Positions 9,983-19,626 are shown, numbered from the stretch's first letter. The stretch: 64,000 nt of DNA from Bacteroidia bacterium (GCA_965279035.1 OZ257142.1:1184001-1248000); one strand, 5' to 3'. Numbers and translations are program-made. The notes: a model not told the origin generated them from the sequence alone.

Positions 9983-11880
9983 TTTTCTGGGTTCAATATC
10001 AGTCGCTTAACAGATCCAATTCTAGTATTGGATTTTCGTAATTCCATAAAATATACTCCAGCGTCTATATCAGTAAATTCAACAGAGTTTGAAGTGGAAA
10101 CTAAGTTTTGTCTAAATATGATTTTTCCAGTTATATCGTACAGATTCAATTTAGCACTTGAAATTCCATAAGGTAATTGAACTGTTGTGATTGAAGCAGT
10201 TGGATTAGGGTAGAAATTCCAATCAGATTTGAATGGTTCAATTGGTTCAATTTTCACATATTGATCTTGTGTATATTTGAAAAGAGGCCTTATCATTAAC
10301 GTTCCTTCTTGTGCGAAGTAATTATACCAATTGCCATCTAAGTTGTAAAATATTCTATTCGTGTTATTATTGTTTCGGTCATAACCTAAATTTATATCAA
10401 ATCCAGTATTCTGAGCCCAACCAATGTAATATGTTCCTGCAGGAAGGTAAATAGGAGTTTCTAATTCATACGTATGAAATTGATTCAATCCATTGTATTG
10501 GGGATAATGCACACCTTCATTTACTAATATTTCACCTGGTTGATTTGCTCCTGCTGCCCATACCATTAAATAGAAAGATTTATCAATAACCTGATCATTT
10601 ACTCTGTTGAAATAAAATTGTATTGATTTTAAAGTATCTCCTAAATACGTATCAAATTTTTGACAAGCAAAACCACCCCCGTTATTATTAATGCTTAATC
10701 GTTCCTCTGCCGAACCATCATCAAGTGCATAATAATTACTTAAAACTTGGCGATAGATAGCTGTATCATTTCTTGGAATTAAATCTCCAGCATTATTATC
10801 GATATAATGAACTAATTCAAATTCAGTCCAAGCTGTACCAGGATCTTCATAGGTGTACTTAACAGCTTTGGAAAAAATATATTCTTGCCTTGATAATATC
10901 GGACCTTGATTCGCATGAAGAGAATCTCGATCGAATACTGGGTCAAAATCGTGATTTTGAAAATGGTAGGTATATAATTTAAAATCAGAAGCAGCAGATT
11001 GTGTGGTCCACGAAATAGAATATATAGTATCCATATTCGCATCCGCATTCGGTATGAAATGGCTTAATGGAACTGATTCATAGGTTTTTAATAAACTGGT
11101 AGGAGGATTCATAAAACTAAAATCCACTAAAGTGGTATCATTCCGATATCGATTTCTATCTAGTCTTATATAATCCAAATGCCAATGATCCCAACTTCCA
11201 TTGAGTTGAGCGTAATTTCTAAATCGGAATTGAAATCCAGTTTTTAGAAATGCAGTATCTACGATAGGAACCATTACTTGCTTAAAGTTCCGATATGTTT
11301 GAGGATAATCTTCTCCCTTTGAACTCCAAACCCATGTCCATAAAGTATCGTTTGGATTTTTAAATTCTAGTAAAAATGTATCTATATATTCAGGGAAATT
11401 TCCTAATCCTTTGGGTTGATAAAAGAAACTCAAGTAAATAGAATCTGATGCCGGATAATTGAGATTTATGAAATGGGAAGTTAGTGTATCAGCTGATCCT
11501 TTAATATTCGAAGTAGCATAAGGCTCTCCTTTCGCATTTAATCCATCAAAAGTTGCCACTCCAATACTTGGAGGATTTTGAGCCATTGTACGATTGATGA
11601 AAACCGAATAATCAATCCAAAGAGTATTTATTGGGGCAAATCCTTCATATGAGAAATCATCAATAAAAGGTAATTCTAATGTGTCTGTTAAAGACTTTAA
11701 ATCCTTATAAATTGAGCTCGTGAAACTCTTCTCCGGTTTAGGAAAACTATTCGAACCTAGTGGATTCGTATGCAATTGTGCTTGAAGAAAACCACTCAGA
11801 AAAAGAAGAGATATTGTAAATCGAACTGAAATTGAAAATATATTATTCAAGACTGTCGGTTTTAATTCTGGCTTGTTCAA
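9979..11880 (-). CDS. T9SS type A CTD cargo protein, unknown function
   Basis: Signal peptide ending in QAQ. C-terminal FYPNP...LYDITGK...AGVYFMEL...KRLI. The true start may be TTG 11850. Confidence 0.85.
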   Translation of the reverse strand: MNKPELKPTVLNNIFSISVRFTISLLFLSGFLQAQLHTNPLGSNSFPKPEKSFTSSIYKDLKSLTDTLELPFIDDFSYEGFAPINTLWIDYSVFINRTMAQNPPSIGVATFDGLNAKGEPYATSNIKGSADTLTSHFINLNYPASDSIYLSFFYQPKGLGNFPEYIDTFLLEFKNPNDTLWTWVWSSKGEDYPQTYRNFKQVMVPIVDTAFLKTGFQFRFRNYAQLNGSWDHWHLDYIRLDRNRYRNDTTLVDFSFMNPPTSLLKTYESVPLSHFIPNADANMDTIYSISWTTQSAASDFKLYTYHFQNHDFDPVFDRDSLHANQGPILSRQEYIFSKAVKYTYEDPGTAWTEFELVHYIDNNAGDLIPRNDTAIYRQVLSNYYALDDGSAEERLSINNNGGGFACQKFDTYLGDTLKSIQFYFNRVNDQVIDKSFYLMVWAAGANQPGEILVNEGVHYPQYNGLNQFHTYELETPIYLPAGTYYIGWAQNTGFDINLGYDRNNNNTNRIFYNLDGNWYNYFAQEGTLMIRPLFKYTQDQYVKIEPIEPFKSDWNFYPNPTASITTVQLPYGISSAKLNLYDITGKIIFRQNLVSTSNSVEFTDIDAGVYFMELRKSNTRIGSVKRLILNPEK

Positions 11881-12643
11881 TTTTTTCCTCCGAATTCGTT
11901 ATCCATATATCTATAATGGCTCCATCGTAAAGTCCTTCAGCAGCATTATGACTTGGATTTTGTCTATAAACGCGTGCATTGATTGTATCATTGTCCATAA
12001 TATCAGGAACAATTCTGCCTAAATCTAACAAACGCTCAGATAGTGTATGTCGGACATCAGAAAGCGTCATACCAATAAGATCAGGAACTGGAATAAGTCC
12101 TCCGCCATTTCCTCTCCCAAGAATCAAATCAATAGCAGAACCTTTATCGATAAGAGTTCCGGGTTTTATTGGTACACCTTTGTAAAGCTGCTTCATAACA
12201 GGAGGGAGACCTTCGACGTATCGTAAAGCTCCTACTTTGAGCCCATAAGTCTCCAACAATGAACTTGCTTGTCGTTGAGAAAGATCGATGAGATTGGGCA
12301 TGGCGACTTTTTGATTCAACATGGCATTCACCGTTAAATAAATCACCCTTCCCGGTTTAACTTTCGAACCAGGTTCTGGATCTTGATCTACAACAGTTCC
12401 TTTGTCTTTATCAAGATTGTAAATTGAATCAACGATTTCATAACGAACATCTTGACCTTCTAAAAATTTATCAAGATCACGAATGTAAATTTTCTCAAAA
12501 TTGGGGACTACTACTTCGTCTCCGTGTTTTGTGTATACATTCAATAAGGCAAATGAACCCCAGAGCACACCAAATGCTATGACACTCGCAATAAGCAAAT
12601 GACGCCAAAAAGAGGAAGATTTAATTATTGAAGAAATTTCCAT
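11843..12643 (-). CDS. PASTA domain-containing membrane protein
   Basis: N-terminal TM, YTKHG, and three PASTA repeats (VVVPNF, VAMPNLI, IPVPDLIG). Sits in the usual ddl-PASTA-rluD context. Confidence 0.9.
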   Translation of the reverse strand: MEISSIIKSSSFWRHLLIASVIAFGVLWGSFALLNVYTKHGDEVVVPNFEKIYIRDLDKFLEGQDVRYEIVDSIYNLDKDKGTVVDQDPEPGSKVKPGRVIYLTVNAMLNQKVAMPNLIDLSQRQASSLLETYGLKVGALRYVEGLPPVMKQLYKGVPIKPGTLIDKGSAIDLILGRGNGGGLIPVPDLIGMTLSDVRHTLSERLLDLGRIVPDIMDNDTINARVYRQNPSHNAAEGLYDGAIIDIWITNSEEKIEQARIKTDSLE

Positions 12644-12647
12644 GAAT

Positions 12648-15344
12648 TCAAGCTAGTTGTTGTTTTTTACTAGCTGATTGTTCCGCAAAAGTCATGATTT
12701 TTTCAATAAAATCGTAAGGCTTATATCCATTGATTGCACTCTGATGAAAGATACAGGTTGCAGGTGTCATTCCAGGTAATGAATTCACCTCAATAAAAAT
12801 GACTTCCACTTTCCCATCAGCATATACGCGTACAAAGGCATCAATTCGGCAATAACCTCTAACATTGAGTGCTCTAGCGGCTTTTTCAAGTTCTGATTTT
12901 ACCACATTTGAAATATCCTGTCGGCGTTTTGGGTCTTTTGCATAACGAGCTGGAGTGATATTCTGCCCTTGTCCAGCTAAGAATTTCTCTTCGAGTGATA
13001 AAACTTCTCCCTCAGAAAGTGCTTCTGATGCTTCAAATAATTCATATTGGATTGTACCATTCGAATCAAAATGTGTAAGCATTCCTCCTGTTATTTCGAG
13101 AAACGTATCAGCTCCATTAGCAGTAATCAAGCTTTCAACTAAGAATTGACGCTTCATTGGAAACTCTTCTTTCGGCTTAATCTTCAACTTAGCTGCATCC
13201 GATTCTATTAATGCTTCTTGTTTTCTGAAAATCAAACGGGCAAAGGAACTGAATTCCTCTACTGTATGAATTTTCTTCACAGCTGAACTACATCCATCAT
13301 CTACCGGCTTTGCAATTAATGGAAATCCAGTTAATACGGCTTTTTGAAGCACCACTTCTGCGTTGGTGTTCCAAGCATCTTCACTAACAAGGAAATGTTC
13401 TGCTACTAAAAGCCCATTATTTTTAAGGATTTCGTTTGTACGGTACTTATCTATCGTAATGCTAGATGAATCTGCATCAGAGCCATTGTAAGGCAATCCA
13501 ACTTTACTTAATTGAATTTGTAAAGCTCCATCTTCACCTGGTCGGCCATGTAAAGCGATAAAGACTTCAGAAACTCGCTCAGCCAGTTGCTGATAGCTCA
13601 ATTGTTCGGGAGCTTTTAGGTTTTGAATATCTCCAAACTTAATTGTGAGTGCTTTACATTCTTCAATAATCTGATGGATAATTGGATGCACCGAAAAGTG
13701 TTGGATTTTCTCCAGTATATCATCGGCATTATCCTTCAACATCAAGTTGATTGGTAAAGTGAATAATTCATGTTTTTCATCATTCCCGCTGAGGAAAACC
13801 GGAATAGGTTCGAATACAGAAGAAGAGGATAATTTTTCATATACATTTCGTCCACTTTCCACTGAAATATGGCGTTCGGATGAATAACCTCCAAAAACAA
13901 CGGCAATGCGTTTCTTGGTATTACTTTGTCCTTCTTGAGATTTCATGAGTGAATCAAGTTGGGCAAGGAGTTTTTCGGCAGTTCCGTTGTATTTCAGTTC
14001 CTCTCGGCGTTTGCGTACAGAAGTGTAAAGAATATACGTGATGAATTGAGATGGATTGAATCCAATTTCGGCAGCTTGATGGAAAAAGAAAGAAGAAGGC
14101 ATCATGCCCGAAGTGGTATTCGGGTCGTTCAAGAAAATTCTACCATCGCTTGAGATAAAGCCGTCGATACGGGCATACACTCCAAAACCTAAAGTAGTGT
14201 ATAGCTTTTCACATGTTTCGCGAATGGCGGCTATTTGCTCATCCGGAATCTGAATGGGAGTGATTTTGCGCGATAAACCTGGCAGGTATTTCGAACGATA
14301 ATCGAACACTTCTTTGCCTTTTCGAATCTCGGTAGGAGGAAGGCAAATTGCTTTCCCATCTAATCCTTCAATTACAATCGAAGAAAATTCTTTCCCTTCG
14401 ATAAATCCTTCGATGATAATTTCACTTTCACCATCAAGTGATTCAAGTAGCAAACGAGCCATGGGATTGGTCGCTTGTTGATTATCTAACCAAGAAATTA
14501 ATTCATCGGGATGATACAAAACGGCATCTCCAATTCGAATCGGAATTCCAATTCCTTCACGGATATCACATAAAGTGCGAACCCACTCAATTTTTGCGAT
14601 TTTGCTCCAAGTTGCCCATTCGGAAACAGCTAAATAGCGAATGAAGAAACTACGATCAATAGCTTCTGATAGTGCTTCCTTACTTATTTCTTGAAGCACA
14701 TTTACACCAATCGACGAACCTTGAGTTGGAGCTTTTACAACACAAGGAAATCCGGTTATTTGTTTTACTTCTTGAAGTAGATTAGTAGCATGACGTTCGC
14801 GTATCCATTTTTCACGAGTAAGTGTGAAGAATTTTGGACCGTTAAAGCCAGCCTGCAGCATGAGCTTTTTCTGAACAATTTTATTTATTCCTACAGCACT
14901 CGGAAGTATTCCTGAGCCTGTATAGGGAATGTCGAAATATTCTAGTAATCCTTGAATACGACCATCTTCGCCGTATGGACCATGCAAACACAAAAAGGCA
15001 ACATCGATGTGTTGCTTTAAATCGCCTGCTTGGATTTTTGTGCCTAAGGTTGAAATGAGTTTTTCTTGTTCTTGAGCATTTAAATTGCCCAATGACTCTG
15101 CATAAATTTGGAATTCACCTTCACTTGATGGAATGGTATCCGGAGTTGGATAGAAATCACGAATACTTCCTTTGTAAACGTACTCCCAGTTGAGGAGGAT
15201 GAAATTATTGAAGCTATCAACAAAAATGGGGACAGCTTCGAACAAGCTTTTATTCAGGTTGTCGTATACGGTTCGTCCACCTGCAAATGAAATCTCACGT
15301 TCTTTGGAACGGCCTCCGAAGACAATGCCTACTTTGATTTTCAT
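12648..15344 (-). CDS. ddl: D-alanine--D-alanine ligase family protein with two tandem ATP-grasp ligase domains (898 aa)
   Basis: Two complete motif sets: FGGRSKERE / LHGPYGEDG / QGSSIG / RID / DPNTTSG, and FGGYSSERH / LHGRPGEDG / DGCSS / RID / EVNSLPGMT. Confidence 0.9.
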   Translation of the reverse strand: MKIKVGIVFGGRSKEREISFAGGRTVYDNLNKSLFEAVPIFVDSFNNFILLNWEYVYKGSIRDFYPTPDTIPSSEGEFQIYAESLGNLNAQEQEKLISTLGTKIQAGDLKQHIDVAFLCLHGPYGEDGRIQGLLEYFDIPYTGSGILPSAVGINKIVQKKLMLQAGFNGPKFFTLTREKWIRERHATNLLQEVKQITGFPCVVKAPTQGSSIGVNVLQEISKEALSEAIDRSFFIRYLAVSEWATWSKIAKIEWVRTLCDIREGIGIPIRIGDAVLYHPDELISWLDNQQATNPMARLLLESLDGESEIIIEGFIEGKEFSSIVIEGLDGKAICLPPTEIRKGKEVFDYRSKYLPGLSRKITPIQIPDEQIAAIRETCEKLYTTLGFGVYARIDGFISSDGRIFLNDPNTTSGMMPSSFFFHQAAEIGFNPSQFITYILYTSVRKRREELKYNGTAEKLLAQLDSLMKSQEGQSNTKKRIAVVFGGYSSERHISVESGRNVYEKLSSSSVFEPIPVFLSGNDEKHELFTLPINLMLKDNADDILEKIQHFSVHPIIHQIIEECKALTIKFGDIQNLKAPEQLSYQQLAERVSEVFIALHGRPGEDGALQIQLSKVGLPYNGSDADSSSITIDKYRTNEILKNNGLLVAEHFLVSEDAWNTNAEVVLQKAVLTGFPLIAKPVDDGCSSAVKKIHTVEEFSSFARLIFRKQEALIESDAAKLKIKPKEEFPMKRQFLVESLITANGADTFLEITGGMLTHFDSNGTIQYELFEASEALSEGEVLSLEEKFLAGQGQNITPARYAKDPKRRQDISNVVKSELEKAARALNVRGYCRIDAFVRVYADGKVEVIFIEVNSLPGMTPATCIFHQSAINGYKPYDFIEKIMTFAEQSASKKQQLA

Positions 15345-15487
15345 GGAATTTGGGATTCTAACCCTGTAAAACTAAGGCATTCATCGCCCTGAGAAGGAAT
15401 ATAACTAGGAACTTATGAAGATGTTCGGGTTGAAAAGCAAAACGCAGAAATCGAGTACTTGGTCTGTGGTAAGAATCGCCTATAAAA

Positions 15488-16288
15488 TTATTCTTCCGTT
15501 GAAGAAGGAAATTGATATACACTAAGACTATCCTTTCTTAGAAGATACAAGCGATCTTGGTTAATTCGCATATCAATGTAATCGTTTACAGGAAGTTCGA
15601 GCTGACTTTCTTGTAAAGTTTTGATCTGAAAAGCTTGCAATAAGCCGGGAGTTTTGGAATAGTATAAAGTAGTTCCTAGGACTTGAAATCGATTGATTCC
15701 GAAAATAGGAATCGTTCGTATATAGGTTCCGAAAATGTCGAATTGGAGGATTCCCCGATCAGGAACATTCATATACAGATGATTGTCATGTTCCATCATG
15801 AAAACCGGTTGGGGCGCGTAATTCAGTATTTGATTCAGGTTGAGAATTTGAACTGTTTTTTGCATTTGTTGATTGAAACGGCTAAGCGTGTATTCTACTC
15901 CATCAAACACCCAAACACCATTATCGTAAGAAGCACACACTTGAGAAGCTTGTTCGAGTTCCATTTTTTCGAGCTCAATCGGTGTTCCGTTTTCAGTTAA
16001 GGTATTATCTAAAAATAGCACACGCGAAAAGTCTTTATAGAAAACAACAATCTTCAAAGGATTCATTGCATCAACCGAACTAATCTTACCCAAACGTTTA
16101 TTGCTATAAAGTCGAAACAAAGTGCCATTGTCGCGGAACTTAGTCAATGCATCTCCTTGAATAACAATGGGATTTCCGAGATTATCAGTGACTAATATTT
16201 CTCCCTTTACAGGAACAGTCCAAATATGCTTAAATCCACTTTGGTAGGGGAGAAGGAATGCAATAAAAAGAAGGATAGACTGGATCAT
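15488..16288 (-). CDS. Conserved Bacteroidota hypothetical exported protein (beta-propeller-like)
   Basis: 266-aa ORF with a signal-like N-terminus and DNLGN, NPLKI, LDNTL and FDIFGTY motifs. Starts 3 nt after the GH3 stop. Confidence 0.65.
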   Translation of the reverse strand: MIQSILLFIAFLLPYQSGFKHIWTVPVKGEILVTDNLGNPIVIQGDALTKFRDNGTLFRLYSNKRLGKISSVDAMNPLKIVVFYKDFSRVLFLDNTLTENGTPIELEKMELEQASQVCASYDNGVWVFDGVEYTLSRFNQQMQKTVQILNLNQILNYAPQPVFMMEHDNHLYMNVPDRGILQFDIFGTYIRTIPIFGINRFQVLGTTLYYSKTPGLLQAFQIKTLQESQLELPVNDYIDMRINQDRLYLLRKDSLSVYQFPSSTEE

Positions 16289-16291
16289 GTT

Positions 16292-17815
16292 TTAGTTAAC
16301 GCCAGTTCCAATTAATTGTAATAATTCATCCAAGTATCTACGATCATTGGATAAGCGCGGGACTTTGTTTTGACCACCCAATTTTCCTCGTTGTTTCATC
16401 CAATAATAAAACGTGCCTGCATCAAGAGATCGTATACGAGGTGCACGAAGGGTGATGTTTTTATATCGCTTCGCTTCATAATCTGAATTGAGCGATTTTA
16501 GTGCATTGTCAAGTACTTCAGTAAAATAGCCAAGATTATCTGGTGCTTTCTCAAATTCAATGAGCCATTCATGTGCTCCGTTGCTGTCAACTTCCATGAA
16601 AATTGGTCCAGCCGTATATTCACGAATGATGGATTGAGACTTCTCACAGGCAATAGCTAATGCCTTTTCAGCATTGTCGATAATGAGTTCTTCGCCAAAT
16701 GTGTTAATGTAATGTTTAGTCCGACCTGCAATACGAATTCGATATGGTGAAATGGAAGTGAACGAAATCACATCTCCAATTTTGTAGCGCCACAATCCTC
16801 CATTAGTAGTAATAACCATGGCATAATTAACTCCTACTTCCACTTGGTCTAACCAAAGGATTGGAGGATTTTCCAAGTCAGCAAAATGTGCAGGGATGAA
16901 TTCGTAAAAAATGCCATAATCGAGCATGAGCAACATTTCTTCTGAATTCCGTTGATCTTGTATTCCAAAGAATCCTTCAGATGCATTATATATTTCGAGG
17001 TAATGCATTTGATCTGAAGGAATCATTTTTTTGTATTGTTCCCTGTATGGAGTGAAACTCACACCACCGTGGAGAAATAACTCCAAATTGGGCCATACTT
17101 CTAGGATGTTAGAAGCTCCTTTAATTTCAACAATTCGTTGAAGGAGAATCATCATCCAAGATGGAACTCCAGCTAAATTCGTAACATCTTCTTCGCTAGT
17201 ATGATGAGCAATGCGTTCGAGTTTTGACTCCCATTCACCCATCAAAGCAATGCTCAAATCGGGTGTACGGATGTATTCAACCCACATGGGAAGATGTTCC
17301 ATGATGATGGCACTTAAATCACCAAACCATGTATTCCCTGATTTTTGATTGAGTTGATGCGAACCGCCTAATGTTAGTCCTTTGCCAGCAAAAATGCGTG
17401 TTTCAGGGTAATTATTACAATAGATCGAAAGCATGTCTTTACCACCTTTAAAGTGACAATCTTCCATAGATTCTTTGCTTAGTGGAATGAACTTACTTTT
17501 ATCGGAAGTAGTACCGGATGATTTAGCAAACCAGCGAATTTCTGTTGGCCAAACAAGATTCTGTTCTCCCATCATCATGCGTTCGATGGATGGTTTTATT
17601 GCTTCGTAATCTTGTAATGGTAAGCGATTGTTGAAACTTTCATAAGAATTTAAACTTCTGAAATCCATCTTCTTACCAAACTCAGTATCCTGAGCTTGAC
17701 TTATTAATTTACGTCTCCATTCATCCTGAACTTCATGAGGAAATTTCATGAAAAGTTCCATCTGGTGAATCCGCTTTTGCATGACCCAGGAAAGGATGGA
17801 ATTTATGATAGACAT
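16292..17815 (-). CDS. GH3 auxin-responsive promoter family protein (acyl-adenylate/amido synthetase fold)
   Basis: WFAKSSGTTSDKSKFIP, YNASEGF, GLWRYKIGD, GGQNKVPRL. Confidence 0.9.
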   Translation of the reverse strand: MSIINSILSWVMQKRIHQMELFMKFPHEVQDEWRRKLISQAQDTEFGKKMDFRSLNSYESFNNRLPLQDYEAIKPSIERMMMGEQNLVWPTEIRWFAKSSGTTSDKSKFIPLSKESMEDCHFKGGKDMLSIYCNNYPETRIFAGKGLTLGGSHQLNQKSGNTWFGDLSAIIMEHLPMWVEYIRTPDLSIALMGEWESKLERIAHHTSEEDVTNLAGVPSWMMILLQRIVEIKGASNILEVWPNLELFLHGGVSFTPYREQYKKMIPSDQMHYLEIYNASEGFFGIQDQRNSEEMLLMLDYGIFYEFIPAHFADLENPPILWLDQVEVGVNYAMVITTNGGLWRYKIGDVISFTSISPYRIRIAGRTKHYINTFGEELIIDNAEKALAIACEKSQSIIREYTAGPIFMEVDSNGAHEWLIEFEKAPDNLGYFTEVLDNALKSLNSDYEAKRYKNITLRAPRIRSLDAGTFYYWMKQRGKLGGQNKVPRLSNDRRYLDELLQLIGTGVN

Positions 17816-17865
17816 AAGGAATGAGGCTGTTTACAAACCTAAGTAAAAGAGATGAGAATTATTTA

Positions 17866-17893
17866 TTACGATTTACGATTTACGAATTACGAT
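17866..17893 (+). repeat. Heptamer tandem repeat (TTACGAT)x4, one variant TTACGAA
   Basis: ttacgat-ttacgat-ttacgaa-ttacgat read directly; it overlaps the polX stop codon. Confidence 0.85.
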
Positions 17894-19550
17894 TTTGGGT
17901 ATTCACTTTAGTTGAAAGGAAGGTTTCCATTTCGGAGAGAGACTTTGAGTTGAAAAGGGAATCGCGTGTGAGTCCGCCTTTGCGGGCGACGTTGATGCCG
18001 TATTGTATATCGGTATATCCTTCTTTGCGATGGGCGTCGGGATTGATGGAGATTTGAACTCCTTTTTCGAGGCAGTAGGGAATCCAACGCCAGTCAATAT
18101 CTAAGCGATACGGGTGGGCATTTAATTCCATTATTACTCCATTGGCTGCACAAGCATCTATTACTTTTTTATAGTCTATAGGATATCCTTTACGTGAAAG
18201 TAAAAGTCGGCCGGTTGGATGACCAAGAATAGTGGTGTAAGGGTTTTCAATGGCTGTAATCAATCGACTTGTTGCTCGATCCAAATCCATATTTAAAATG
18301 GAATGGATTGAGGCAACAACTAAATCGAATGAGGCAAGAATTTCATCCGGATAATCGAGTGAACCATCGCTCAAAATGTCGCTCTCAATCCCTTTGAAAA
18401 TCTTGAAAGGACTTAGTTTTAGGTTCAGTTGATCAATCTCTTTATGTTGCTGTACTACTTTTTCGATGCTTAATCCACCTGCATAAAATGCAGATTTGCT
18501 ATGGTCGCATATGCCGAGGTATTCCATCCCTAAATCACGACAAGCAATGGCCATTTCTTCTAAGGTATTGGCACCATCGCTATAGGTACTGTGGTTGTGT
18601 AAAATGCCTCGAATATCTTTCCAAACGACCAATTTTTCTATATCGATTGATGCAGCATCATCAATAGGTAAATCGCGTAATTCGGGGAGAATGAATGGGA
18701 AGCCACGTTCTTCATAAAAACTTGTTTCAGAAACAACCGGTTCTTCGGGATCTAAATCGAGTTCTTCTAAATGTTCAGGCGGACCAGTTCGTAATAGTAG
18801 TTCTCGTTCAAACGAATCTTCCTCGCAGCAAATAAGGTAAATGGTATATTTTTCTGCTAATTTGATGATGATACTATCTTCTAGGACAGAATCAATTTGT
18901 ATCTCGGGTATGATTTGAAGAAGGATTTCTAATTCATTTAAATCTGATATTACAAGTAATTCGATGGTTTCGATTATTTCCATTAATCTTCTTAATTCTC
19001 CAGTATAAGAGATTTGAAGTGAATCGTCTTGTTTGTGAAGGAGACGTATCAATTCATTGGCAGCTGTTTCGGCTTCAGCAAAATGAAATTTACCCAAGTT
19101 TGTTAATCGGTATTCAAGTGCAGCTTTGATCGTTTCTTGAGTTTTTACTCCAAATCCTTTGAGTTCTACCAAACGGTTCTCATGGCAGGCATATAATAAT
19201 TCACCAGGAGATTCGATTCCTAGTTCTTTCCAAATAGTTGCCACTTTTTTAGGACCGATGCCCTTAATTCCCAACATTTCAATAACACCTGCTGGAGTAA
19301 TGGATGCATAATGTGTGAGATCTGAAGTAGTCCCTGTGAGTTGAATATCTAAAATGACCTGGGCAATACTTTTCCCTATACCAGGAATTTTAACTAATTC
19401 CTCTATTGTTTTTCCTTCAAGAGCTTCACCTGCTCGATCTACATTAAATGCGGCATTAGTAAACGACTTTAGCTTGAATGGATTCTCATCGTGTAATTCA
19501 CCCAAGGAAGCAATTAGCTTTAAAGCACGAGATATTTCTTTGTTCGTCAT
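17880..19550 (-). CDS. polX: PolX family DNA polymerase / PHP 3'-5' exonuclease
   Basis: N-terminal ENPFK, HhH motifs (IPGIGK, IKGIGPKKV), and a PHP domain with HNHSTYSDG, CDHS, GIESD, GHPT and NPDAH. Confidence 0.92.
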   Translation of the reverse strand: MTNKEISRALKLIASLGELHDENPFKLKSFTNAAFNVDRAGEALEGKTIEELVKIPGIGKSIAQVILDIQLTGTTSDLTHYASITPAGVIEMLGIKGIGPKKVATIWKELGIESPGELLYACHENRLVELKGFGVKTQETIKAALEYRLTNLGKFHFAEAETAANELIRLLHKQDDSLQISYTGELRRLMEIIETIELLVISDLNELEILLQIIPEIQIDSVLEDSIIIKLAEKYTIYLICCEEDSFERELLLRTGPPEHLEELDLDPEEPVVSETSFYEERGFPFILPELRDLPIDDAASIDIEKLVVWKDIRGILHNHSTYSDGANTLEEMAIACRDLGMEYLGICDHSKSAFYAGGLSIEKVVQQHKEIDQLNLKLSPFKIFKGIESDILSDGSLDYPDEILASFDLVVASIHSILNMDLDRATSRLITAIENPYTTILGHPTGRLLLSRKGYPIDYKKVIDACAANGVIMELNAHPYRLDIDWRWIPYCLEKGVQISINPDAHRKEGYTDIQYGINVARKGGLTRDSLFNSKSLSEMETFLSTKVNTQNRNS

Positions 19551-19570
19551 TTTGGAGAATAGATAAAACA

Positions 19571-19608
19571 GAAACGCTAATGAAAACCGAAGTAATCATT
19601 AGCGTTTC
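19571..19608 (-). terminator. Hairpin downstream of sppA (probable terminator or processing stem)
   Basis: 13-bp inverted repeat GAAACGCTAATGA / TCATTAGCGTTTC, followed on the minus strand by TGTTTT. Confidence 0.6.
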
Positions 19609-19626
19609 AATATTAAAGAAAGAAAA

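Noticed and set aside
12648-13915. Vancomycin-resistance (van) cluster suggested by the Tyr-to-Phe Ddl domain
   Set aside because: No vanH, vanX or vanRS; the gene sits in the housekeeping ddl-PASTA-rluD operon of a diderm. Only altered specificity is proposed.
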